Shown: one piece after another, positions 20,905 through 32,059 of the stretch
Position numbering within the stretch: the first letter of the stretch is position 1
Layout: the number at the start of each line of letters is the position of its first letter
Assembly: GCA_013265495.1 (NCBI GenBank)
Contig: MU058844.1
Location: 1,866,941 to 1,898,999, forward strand
DNA: 32,059 bases
Direction of reading: 5' to 3'
From: Vicugna vicugna
Taxonomy: Eukaryota
Program-made: the position numbers and the translations under genes
Notes under the pieces: model-generated
What the model was told of the DNA's origin: nothing
Databases searched by the model: none
Seen by the model: only the letters and a program-made list of their open reading frames with translations

Positions 20905-21020
20905 GTGAATGAGGATTCTGGCACTACCTGGGTGACGGTGAATAAGTTGCTTCATTTTCTCATTTGTAAAATGCAGAGTTTGAATCAACTTAGCTCTAAA
21001 TTCCCTTTTAGATTTTATAA
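20905..21020 (+). mobile_element. MIR3/MIRc fragment
   Basis: ttttctcatttgtaaaatgcagagtttgaatcaacttagctctaaattcccttttag. Confidence 0.7.
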
Positions 21021-23384
21021 AGGTACAATCATAGCTCAAAAAGACAGGCAGGGGAAGAGAGGAATGAAAGGGAGAGGAAGGGAGAGGAGGGGAGGGGAAA
21101 GATATGGAAGAGTAAGATTCTGTTTTAGTTGTATTAGTTAAATATTTTATATCTTAAAATTTGTATTTTTAGGAAGAGTCAAAGAATTGAATTAGAACTT
21201 CAAAAAGTGTTTTTATTTCCATATTCTCTCACTGCTCTTTCCCATCACTTCTTTTAGAGACATTGTTAAGATGATTTCATGGTAAAAAATAATACACAAT
21301 TTTAGGAGATGGACGTATTTCATCCTTTCTGAAATGCGTACAGTTGTAGACAGTAAATAAAATTCTGCAACCTCTGAAAGCTTCCTTGTAACTGTATTCC
21401 CAGAAGAAATGGTGGTATAGCAGTTTCTTTTGTTTTGTTTTGTTTTGTTTGTAGTTGTTTTTTAAACATGATGGGAATGAGACTGGGAAATTGTAACTTC
21501 AGATAGGTTTGTTGCTGCAGCTTTCAATCCTGTCACAATTGGTGTCATGAAGATGAATAAAGTTGGTGCCATCTTCTGTTTTCATTATCATCCAAGGGGC
21601 TGGGATGGGAAAGGATTCATTTTGTGCCACTGTCATTTCTCATTACTATCTTTGTCATGAGAATGAATTATAACAGCCCTCTGATGCCAGCTATGGCTTT
21701 GCTCTCATTACAGACTTTCATTCTTGGGAAGAAGATGGTAATAAGAATGGAATGTCGTGTAAAAACAGAGCTCACTTTCATGACAGTTGGAAATTGGTGA
21801 TGAAAATGGAAAATGGCAGAAAAAAATTAATCCTTTTTTTGTGGCAAAAATTGTTCTGCAAATAACATTGTGCACCAAAGGTATCCCTCACCGTGGCAAT
21901 GACAAAGCAATGAAAAGGCAAACAATGAACAGCTTTTGGAGGAAATGAGGGATTTTAAGGCATCCATCTTGCTTGGTGCATTGGAAATATATCTCTTAAT
22001 CTTGAATAATGTAGCATCCATTTAGCTCCACAAGAAATGTGATAAGCAATTAGAAGCTTCTCTGTTCTCCCTTCAGTAATGTGAGTATCTCTATTACATA
22101 CTGCCAGAAAGGCACTACCAAATTTATGGAAGCCATTAGAATTTCTATACAGGATACTTTTCACACACATACACACACTCATACACATGCATATACATGT
22201 GAACACATATACATAGAGACATGTATACAATTCTAGAAAAGTATTTGGCTGACTCAAAAATAGTGATATTGAAAGGAAGGACTTCCACTTTCTATTTTAT
22301 ACATTCCTATATTGATTGATTTAAAAGTCAAGAGCATTTACCACTTTTAACATTACAGAAATGTTAGCCTTCTCTGCTATCAGAATAAATGGTTCTGTAC
22401 CACTGAATTACCTTTACCACTAGAATCTACTGTCAACTCTAGATACATATTCTCTAATTTAGAACTGCAAGGGGAAAAAGTACCATTTACATACACATTT
22501 TTAAATGAATGCTCTGTCTCTCTTTATAGATTCTTCTCACACCATACTCCAACTGTAACATTTTTCTTTTCCACTCTGAGGTTGTATCTTTACAGAATGA
22601 AGATTAGAGCACGCTAATGGTAGAAAGGACTTCTTGTGAAATGATTCTTTCATTAGATTTCATTTAAAGCATTCTATTTAATGTTTTATTATTTGCCAAG
22701 ATACGTAACAGATAGTATTTACTTTTCAACATGTCATTGTTGGGAGAGAAAATAGGCATTTTAATATGCACAGTGAGCACAGAACTGTTGATAAGTTGGT
22801 TATTGAATACAGAAACATTTATCTGCATATTAGTGTCTGATATCATTTAAGGTTGCTAAGTGTTAACACAGTTGCCTATATTATATGGACTAGCTAGGGA
22901 AATTAGGCATGAGAGACCACTTGTATTAGTATGAAAAGAAGGCAATTACTCTGTAAGACGTCACCTGAATTCACTTGATTTCTTTTACTTTGAAGTGGTT
23001 CATGGCAAGGGCAAATTTTAAATCCTGAAATCTTTTATATTGTACGGGGCTGGGGAGGAGGGAATAAAATGATAATTGTTAGAAAAAAAGATTATTTTAA
23101 ACTAGTAGAATTTTTACGGAGGATAAGTGCTGAAACAATTTTACATAGTTCTGCGAAGTCATTGACAGAGTGTTCTCAATTAAAAATTTAAAATAGTAGA
23201 TTATCCTAAAGCTTTCACTAGAGCGTTTTGTATAACTGCTAAGGTTGAAAGTGTAGAACTCTTCAAATCATACAAGGAAAGCTCATTTTAGAGCAGAGGT
23301 TATTAACCACGTTGGGAAACCTATGAGGCATTTGTTCTTTGTTTTGTTCCTTTTTTTTAAAATGCTTTTGACTTTTCTACTGTA

Positions 23385-23531
23385 TTTTTTTAAATGAAGT
23401 AAAGTTGACTTACAATGTTATATTAGTTTCAGGTCTACAACATAGTGATTCAATGTTTTTATAGATTTTACTCCATTAAAGTTATTATAAAATATTGGCT
23501 ATATTCCCTGTGCTGTACATTACACCCTTGT
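23385..23531 (-). mobile_element. Short L1 3' end
   Basis: aagtaaagttgacttacaatgttatattagtttcaggtctacaacatagtgattca...ttccctgtgctgtaca. Confidence 0.85.
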
Positions 23532-24368
23532 ATCCAGAAGAGGTATCTATATACTGTATGCTCATTGAAGCATTATTCACAACAGGCAAAGTATAAAGAC
23601 AACCTAAGTGTCTGTTCACAGAGGAATAGATAAAGAAGATGTAGTACATACAGGTAACCCTTGACCGGCATGGATTTGAACTGTGCAGGTCCACTTACAT
23701 AAAGATATTTTTCAATAAATACTGCGCTACTACACCATCCTTGGTTGGTTGAATCCATTGATAACAAAACTGCAGATATGGAGGCCTGACAGTGAAGTTA
23801 TACTCAGATTTTCTACTGGGGGTTGACTCCTCTAATCCCTGCATTGTTCAAGGATCAACTAATGTATACACGATGAAGTATTATTCAGCCTTCAACAAGA
23901 AGGAAATCCTGCTGTTTGTGACATGAGGAGCATTATGTTAAGTCAGATAAACCAGAGGAAGACAAATACTGCATGGCATCATTTACATGTAAAATCTAAA
24001 AAAAAAAAAAAAGAATAGTCCGATTCTTAGAAACAGAGTAGAATGGTGGTTGCCAGGAACTGAAGGGAAATAGGGAGAGACTGGTGAAATGGTTCAAAGT
24101 TTCAGTTATGAGGGGTCTAACATTTAGCAAAGTGACTATAGTTGAGAATACTGTATTGTATAGTTAAAACTTGCTGAGAGTAGAACTTAAGTGTTCTCAG
24201 TAAAGGAAAAAAAAGGTAAATATAAGACATGATAAATTTGTCAACTCAATCGTAGTAGTTCTTTCAGAATGTATATGTATACCAAATGATCATGTTGTAT
24301 ACTTTAAATATCTTACAATTCTGTTTGTCAATTATACCTCGATAAAACTGAAAAGAAAAAGAAAAGAA
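23532..24368 (+). mobile_element. L1 ORF2 end plus 3' UTR (L1MA-like), interrupted by a Tigger MITE
   Basis: gcattattcacaa...acaacctaagtgtct...gataaagaagatgt, agacaaatactgcatg, gaaacagagtagaatggtggttgccagg, then an A-rich tail. Confidence 0.85.
23651..23861 (+). mobile_element. Non-autonomous Tigger2-like (TcMar) DNA transposon
   Basis: Imperfect TIRs caggtaacccttga... / ...tcaaggatcaact, a TA immediately left, and internal tttgaactgtgcaggtccactta. Confidence 0.8.
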
Positions 24369-25132
24369 CTTGGTTTGAAATCCTAAATGTCTTTTGATAG
24401 TCCGATTATTCAATCCTTAAGATACAATATTTACAACAAAAAGACAACTTCTGCCTTGAAAATCATCTATATATTTAAGCTCAAAAGCATGACAAACAGA
24501 CTTTATTTAAGGTGCTTGTATATCTACTCACTACATCACAACTTTCAGTCATTTTTAATCATCAATAACTGATCAATTAATATCAAGTCAAGTCAATGCT
24601 ACAATCAAGAGATCTTTTTATTAATGATAAAATTACTTCTAAAACAATGGAGTATTTTTGTGTGTGTGTTTGTATTTGGTTGGCTTGTTATCATTTGTAG
24701 GCTAATTTTTTTGTATGTTTTATTTGTATAGCCATTTGTATAGATTTATTATTTAAATTCAAAACAAAAAAATAGTTAAGGAAAATACTTTACCCTGGCG
24801 ATCTTTAAACTTAGTTGGTAGAATATTGATTTGTGAGTGGATGCCTCAAAAGTGAAGGGGGTGGGGGACTGAGAGTAGGTTGAAGCAGAAAAAAGAAGCA
24901 ATAAAAATGGGAGACCATTTACATAAGATTTTATTCCCAATTCTGTATTTCCAGTTAGACCAGCTCTAGGGAATGGGAAATACATATATGTTTGGTCAGC
25001 CATTATTTAACAGAAGAAGACTTGAAATAAAATTGGGTATGTTACTTCCTTTAATTTACATTGCTTCATGACTTTTTCAATTTTTTTTCAATAAATTTCA
25101 TATTTATATAAAGTCTGAGTAAAGACAAGACA

Positions 25133-25212
25133 TTGACTAAGTCTTAATTCACCAGTTGTTAGATCTCAAGTTGACTAAGTCTTAATTCACAGGTTGTTAG
25201 ATCTCAAGTTGA
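25133..25212. repeat. 38-bp tandem duplication
   Basis: ttgactaagtcttaattcac(ca/ag)gttgttagatctcaag x2, with 2 mismatches, plus a partial third unit ttga. Confidence 0.95.
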
Positions 25213-25446
25213 AGTCTTTGATTTCACTATTATAAATAATTCTGTAGTCAACATCCCTATGGATACAAATTTTCTTATGTTAGATTTTTTTCTTTGGTTG
25301 CTATAATAGAGTTATATGAATGAAATGCAGGCACATATATAAGACTCATGACACATACTACCGAATTATTTTCCAAAAGGATTCTGGCAGTCACAGCTGA
25401 AATCTATAAACCCAATAGCATTATCATATTAATTTTTCTCTTTTTT

Positions 25447-26297
25447 AAATATTTTTTATTGATTTATAATCATTTTACAATGTTGTGTCAAATTCCAGTG
25501 TTCAGCACAATTTTTCAGTCATTCATGGACATATACACACTCATTGTCACATTTTTTTCTCTGTGATTTATCATAACATTTTGTGTATATTTTCCTGTGC
25601 TATACAGTGTAATCTTGTTTATCTATTCTACAATTTTGAAATCCCAGTCTATCCCTTCCCACCCTCTACCCCCCTGGTAACCACAAGTCTGTATTCTCTG
25701 TCCATGAGTCTTTAGATTCCACATATGAGCGATCTCATATGGTATTTTTCTTTCTCTTTCTGGCTTACTTCACTTAGAATGACATTCTCTAGGAGCATCC
25801 ATGTTGCTGCAAATGGCGTTATGTTGTCGGTTTTTATGGCTGAGTAGTATTCCATTGTATAAATATACCACATCTTCTTTATCCAGTCACCTGTTGATGG
25901 ACATTTAGGCTGTTTCCATGTTTTGGCTATTGTAAATAGTGCTGCTATGAACATTGGAGTACAGGTGTCATCCTGAAGTAGATTTCCTTCTGGATACAAG
26001 CCCAGGAGTGGGATTCCTGGGTCATATGGTAAGTCTATTCCTAGTCTTTTGAGGAATCTCCACACTGTTTTCCATAGTGGCTGCACCAAACTGCATTCCC
26101 ACCAGCAGTGTAGGAGGGTTCCCCTTTCTCCACAGCCTCTCCAGCATTTGTCATTTTTGGATTTTTGAATGACGGCCATTCTGACTGGTGTGAGGTGATA
26201 CCTCATTGTAGTTTTGATTTGCATTTCTCTGATAATTAGTGATATTGAGCATTTTTTCATGTGCTTTTTGATCATTTGTATGTCTTCCTTGGAGCAG
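25447..26297 (-). mobile_element. Young 5'-truncated L1 (camelid-like) with open ORF2 C-terminus and target-site duplication
   Basis: Uninterrupted ORF2 C-terminus ([30 protein letters not shown]...[19 protein letters not shown]...YTMEYYSAIK) ending at 25712. TTTTCTCTTTTTT occurs at both 25434-25446 and 26298-26310. Confidence 0.95.
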
Positions 26298-26339
26298 TTT
26301 TCTCTTTTTTTGTTCAGTTTTTTGTTCATTTTTTGTTCA

Positions 26340-29300
26340 GTTAATAAAATGCAATTTATATATAGAAAAAATTACCTGTTTTAGTTGTACAGTTTGTTGA
26401 TTTGGCAAATGTATACATGTGTAACTACAATAAAAATTTATATAATAGGTATTTCTGTCACTGTAAAAAGTTACTCTGTGGAACTACATGGTGAGGTAGG
26501 TTCCACCTCCCTTCAGCCACTGCAAACCACTGATTTGATTTTGTTGCTATAGTCTTGCTTTTTCCAGTATCATATAAATGAAAATATAGGATATGTAACC
26601 TTTTTAGACTGGCCTTTTTACTCAGCTTAATCCTGAGAGCATCACGTTGTTGATGTGTCATTAGTTTGTTCCTTTTTTGCGTAGTAGTGATCTGTTCATG
26701 GATGAACCACAATTTCTGTATCCATTCACCATTTGAGAGAATTTGAATTGTTTGTAGTTTTTGGTGATTATGAACATTCAGGTATTATGGGGCTATATTT
26801 TCAACACTTATAAAGATACTTTGAAATGGGATGGTTGGTTCATATGGTAAGTGTATGTTTAACTTTGTTTCTCACTCCTAAATGGTTTACTGAGATGGCT
26901 ATATCATTTTCCATTCCCTCTGCATCCCCTTACCAGTAATTTTTTCAGGGGGTGGGAGAGAGAATTTCAGCCAGTCTAGTAGGTATGTAGTGATACCTCA
27001 CTGTGATTTAAGTTTAAATTTTCCTGATGATTAATGATACTAAGCATCTTTCCATGTTTATTTAACATCTATATTTTTGTGGGTTTGTATGAAGTTTCTC
27101 TTTAAAACTTTTGTCCACTTATACTAGATTGTATGTCATATTACTGTGGTTTAAGAGATCTTTTGCAAGCAGAAAGCTTTAATTTTGAGGTATAAATTAT
27201 TAACTTTTATCTGGTGATTTCTACTTTTGTGTGTTAGATAAGAATATTTGCCTGTTCCAGGATCACAAAGATTTTTTTCCTACATTTTCTTCTAGAAGTT
27301 TTATTTCTAAGTTTCACATTTAGGTCTATGATCCATTTTATGTTAATCTTTTTTTTTTTTTTTTTTTTTTATTTAAAGAGATGAAGTCTTTTTTTTTTTT
27401 CCCAGCATACAATTTACTGAAAGGCGTATACTTTCTTACTAGCATTTCCTTGGAATACTACATTTGTCAGAAAGTCAATGGACTGTTGACATGTGGGTCT
27501 ATTTTTGAACTTTCTGTTTTTCATCAATCAATAGCACTAAAATCACATTGTTTTAATTACTGAAGATTTATGATAAATCTTGAAATCAGGCTTTGTGTGT
27601 CTTCCAAGTTTGTTCTTCTGCTTCAAAATTTGTTGGGCTCCCTAGGCCATTGTCTCTCCATATAAATTGTAGAATCATTTTCCCATTTCTAAAATATAAG
27701 CCTCCTTGAATTATGATTAGTATTTTTTTATTCTATGTATCAATTTAGGAAGAATTGACAGGTTAACGGTATTGAGTTTTCCATTCCACAAGCAGAATAT
27801 TTTTTCTCAATTTATTAGATCATTTTAAATTTCTCTCATGAGTGTTTTCATTATTTTCAGCACGAAATTATTGCACATACTAGATTTGTTAGTTCTAGGT
27901 GCTTCATGTTTCCTTTTTTATGCTATTATATATTAAGAAGATTTAAACATTTATATCAATATCCAATTGTTCAGTATTATTATACACAAATATAATTGAT
28001 TTTTGTAAGTTGACCATGTATCCAGTGACTTTTTGAAACTCACTTACGATTTCTATGAGGTATGTTATAGAGTCTTTCAAATTGTATTTATAGATGACTG
28101 TGATTCTGTGAAAGTAATTATAGTCATGTTTATTCTTTGCAAGTCTGTATGTCTTTTAATTTACACATCTTGTCTTATCTCACTGGCTGGGACCTCCTAT
28201 ACAATGTTACATGAAACTGGTGAGATTAGACATCCTCTTATTCAATATATTGTGGAGAAAGCACTATTATTTTACAGTTAAGTATGCTGTCAGTTATAGG
28301 TTTTTTGTAGGTGCCCTTGATCAAGTTAAGGGAGTTCCTTTCTATTGTTAGATTGCTGAGAAATTTTTTATTTTGAGTAGATGTTGAATTTTTTTTATTG
28401 TAGCTATTAAGATGATATATTTTTCTACTAGATTGTTTTGATGTAGTAAATTATAAGGACTGATTTTCAAACTGTAAATCAGCCTCAAATTTAAGGGATA
28501 AATGTCACTCATTCATGTTGTATTCTTTTTTGCTCTTGTTTCTAAATTTGATTTCTAATAATTTCTTAAAGAATTTTGCATCTATTTTCATGTGAAAATA
28601 TTGGATAATAATGTTTTTTGTACTGTTTTTGTGTTGGTCTATGTTAAGTTTTCTTTTCTTATAATATTTTTCTCTGATTTTGGTACTAGTAGTCCTTTTA
28701 AAATGAGTTGGAAAGTGTTCTCTCATTTTCTCTTTAGGAGAGAAACTTCTTATAGGAGTTTGTGTAAAGTTGGCATAATTCTTTAAATGTTTCATAAAAT
28801 TTACACATGATGTGTTGTATAAATGACAATTAGATAAAATTTGTTGGTAGTGTTACTATTTTATGTTCTCTATATCCTTATTTATTTTCTGTCTTCATGT
28901 TTTATTGCTGAAAAATGTATTTTATAGGTTTCAACTATAATAGTTGATTTATCTCTTCTCCTTTCAGGTCTGTCAGTTTCTGTTTCATATATTTTGATGA
29001 TCTGTAAAGTGAATACATGATTAGGATTGTTCTATCTTCTTAATGAATCGATTCCTTTACCAACACAATGCCACAGTTACATAGATTTTGGGAGAAGACA
29101 CAAGACCCCTGGGTCGGAGACAAAGCCTTTTATTTCTCACAACAAAGGAAATAGCATGAGCTTCATGTTTATATAAATTTCCCCTTTCCCCTAAATCTCT
29201 TGAGTACAGGATACTGTAAGCCTAGGTAGATGCTGTGCACAAAATGAATGTGTGTCCATTTGAGGAACACTGAGCTTATGAAACCCCAAGGCTGTTACAC

Positions 29301-30560
29301 AGAAGAAGGCTGTTAGGAAACCTGCCCAGCATTTTCCCTGGAGGACATTATCTCTATTATCCAGACAGCAAAAAAATCTGCCCTATGCCCTGGAGATGAT
29401 GAGAGACACAATGTCTATCTTTCTAGGCTGTTCCCTACACAAACATCCTTAAGAGAATTGTCCATAATAACTGGAATCACAAGATGTGAGGATATGTTAG
29501 AGAAACAAGGAGAATTGTTTCCCAACAATATCCCTTCTTATGCCTGGAGGTATTCCTCATTCTGTATTCTGTTTTGTGTATTAATATACCTACTTGCTCT
29601 TCATTTTGATCAGTATTTTCTTGGTATATATTTTTCCATTTTTTAAAACTTTTAAAGTGGACGTTTTTTGGAAAGCATTTGTTATTAATTTTTTATCCTA
29701 TCTGACACTCTGCCTTTTAGTTGAGGGGTTAAAGCCTTTTATAGTAAATGTAACTATTATAATGAATGAATTCAAATCTACTAACTTGCTATTATTTTCT
29801 AATTGTTTCTTCTGTTATGTTACTCTTTTAACCTTTTTTTGTTACTTTTCTATGGTTTATAATATATCCTACCTTCAAGTTATATAATCCCACTGCAAAT
29901 TATATTATTCCATTTTACTTCATTTTATAACTATATGCTTCTGTTTCTTTGCTTCCAACCATTTTGCTATTTTTTGTGCTACATTTTGCTTCTATATATA
30001 CTAAACAACCCATAATACTTTGTTACTATATTTTACTTAGATACTTATCTTTTTAATCTATTAGAAATAAGAAAAAAAATCTCTTACATTTAATTTAATT
30101 TATATGATTCCTGGGACTATTATTTATGTAAATTCAGATTTTCATATGCATTTTAATTTTCTTCTGCCTAAAGTACATGCTTTAATATTTATCATAGTAT
30201 AGATCTGTTGGCAATGAGTTCTGTAAGTTTTTGTTTGAACAAGTCTTTGTCTTTATTGTTACCTTTCTTCTGCTTGTCTTGAAGTTTAATTTACTTTTCT
30301 CTTCCCAGTTTACTAGAGTGGAAGTTTTGGTTATTGCTTTGAGATTTTTCTTCATTTCTATCTGTGTATTCAGTGCTATAAATTTCCCTTAAACACTGCT
30401 TTTGCTGCATCCCAGAAATTTTGATAATTTTATATTTTTGTTTTCATTTGTTTTAAAATTTCTCTTGAGACTTCTTTGTCCAATGTGTTTCTCAGAAAGA
30501 TGTTGATTGATTTTCAAGGAGTGGTGGACATTTTTTTGTGAGGTTTTTTTACACCTTAAG
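26340..30560 (-). mobile_element. Long, old fragmented L1 (3' UTR to ORF2 endonuclease region)
   Basis: Antisense L1 motifs throughout: catttaggtctatgatccatttt, ttttaattactgaag...aaatcttgaaatcagg, gtgctataaatttcccttaaacactgcttttgctgcatccca. Probably several pieces. Confidence 0.85.
29069..29527 (-). mobile_element. Solo ERV1 LTR (MER89-like) nested in L1
   Basis: TG...CA bounded segment of different composition. The minus strand begins tgttgggaaacaattctcc, with an antisense polyA signal tttatt near the left end. Confidence 0.65.
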
Positions 30561-31345
30561 TGAAAGCAGAACATTGATATAACTATAATTTCTTTTTTTT
30601 TCCTCCTAGAAATGATGAAACTTTTCTATATATTTATTCACTTCTCTATTTCATTGACTCTAAGACACACATTTCTGTTTTTTCTTACTTAACACTGAAA
30701 TTGAGTTCAGTCTTAAAACTAAAGTTGCTCCTTCTCCAGTCATGGTTGGTCAGACAATCTTGTTTATTAATGCCTGAGTAAAGATGTAATTATTTCCTGA
30801 GCATGGTCAAGTATTAGAAGTACTATTAGCAAAACTTTCAGAATTGGTGTCAGTGATTTTGAAAAAAAAAGAAAATAAAAAACTAAACCTAAAATCTGGG
30901 TACAAGACACTAGTGGGAGACTTTTTAAACAATACATGAAGATAACGTAAAATGATGGGAGCAGTGGAAGTGATAAGACAGAAGTGTGTAGCAGCATTCC
31001 TGAAATAGAAATGGGAAGCAGAGTGATCCTGCATAATGTCAGTATGGCCTAAAATCTGAGCGCCAATAGCTTTAATTTCCCATGTAGATTCTATTAAAAA
31101 ATGCTGCATACCAGTATTCTTTTGGTATAGAGGACAATATCATGTGGGAAAACATGGACAATAATGGCTCTGACTCAAAAAATGATTAAGAAGACTCAGA
31201 TTCTGAATGGGAAGACATTTTTGAAATACTGTAATGAATATCATTTGCTGATTTATTTTATGTACACAAGACAAATATGATCAAAATTAATGTTTAAACG
31301 TCTAAAAAAATCTTTTAACATTTGAGGTTAAAAAAATCTAAGTTC

Positions 31346-32059
31346 GGACTTCCGGGCAAGATGGCGGAGTAGAAGGACGCTTGTAAGTCACCCTCTCCCA
31401 CAAATACACCAAGACCCACATCTACAGACCCACTCAGCCAACCAGAGCACCTGCGGAACTCCAACAGATCATCGCCCTCTTCAAAAGATAAAGACGCCAA
31501 AAATCTGAGAACTTGCTCCACGGAGACAAACAAGCAGCTGGGTCTTGGCTCGGAGCAGGGATGAGGCTGCCCCTCGGTCTTCCCCGAGCCCACCCGCGGA
31601 GCGTGACCAGGGCGGAGCGCCGGCACAGAGCTCGCAGCTGCACAGAGCAGCGGAGCTACCGGCGGCGCAGGCAGGGGGAGAGCGGCCCCCCCGCCTGTCG
31701 GGCAGGAACACAACCCCTGACCGAGGTGCTGGGAAGGGGCACGACCCGCCCTCCTGCCTGGCCAGTCTGCAACATCTGACTGCGGCATCCGGAGGGGCAG
31801 TGACCCGCCCGCCCGCAGCAGAGGAGAGCTGCATCTGACCCCGTGTTAGGAGGAGGCGCGATCTGCTTGCCGACAGGTGCTGGGAGCAGCACGGAAGAGG
31901 GCGCCAACGGAGGGCCTATGAAAACAAGCTGAGCTTCCAAAACAGGACGAAGACAGAAGGACATCACATTAAAAGCACACAGACTCCAGGAGAACACCGA
32001 CAACCCCTTCTTTTTTTGTTGTTGTTGTTTTTGTTTTTTTTAAATCTGTTTTTACCTGT
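31346..32059 (+). mobile_element. 5' UTR / internal promoter of a young, possibly full-length L1 running off the window
   Basis: Begins ggacttccgggCAAGATGGCGgagtag (YY1 site 31357-31366), is CpG-rich, and is preceded by an endonuclease-type TT|AAAAAAA site (candidate TSD 31330-31345). Confidence 0.88.

Noticed and set aside
25712..26329. 205-aa ORF as a host gene
   Set aside because: It is the C-terminus of L1 ORF2p in a 5'-truncated insertion, and its start lies in flanking low-complexity DNA.
31315..32003. Cluster of overlapping 70-157 aa ORFs, or a second gene CpG island
   Set aside because: These are stop-poor GC-rich frames inside an L1 5' UTR.

Overview
AT-rich mammalian genomic DNA, dominated by interspersed repeats: L1, L2, MIR, ERV/MaLR LTRs, a Tigger MITE and microsatellites. 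The young L1s resemble camelid L1, which is an inference from recall. No intact protein-coding gene is supported, and the only ORF-track entry with clear protein homology is the L1 ORF2 C-terminus (25712-26329). The main hidden structure is on the minus strand between about 11.93 kb and 5.6 kb. Manual translation across frameshifts and stops gives a co-linear series of motifs resembling the SUMO isopeptidase USPL1 (peptidase C98), from its N-terminal Cys domain to its C-terminus, some bounded by GT/AG splice sites. This looks like an ancient decayed USPL1 paralogue. Upstream, a CpG island at about 12.47-13.13 kb carries strong minus-strand exons, an opposite-strand splice donor, a 10-bp tandem repeat and a degenerate ~40-bp hairpin repeat. 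The USPL1 comparison uses my recalled human sequence, and repeat subfamily names are by eye, so both need computational confirmation.
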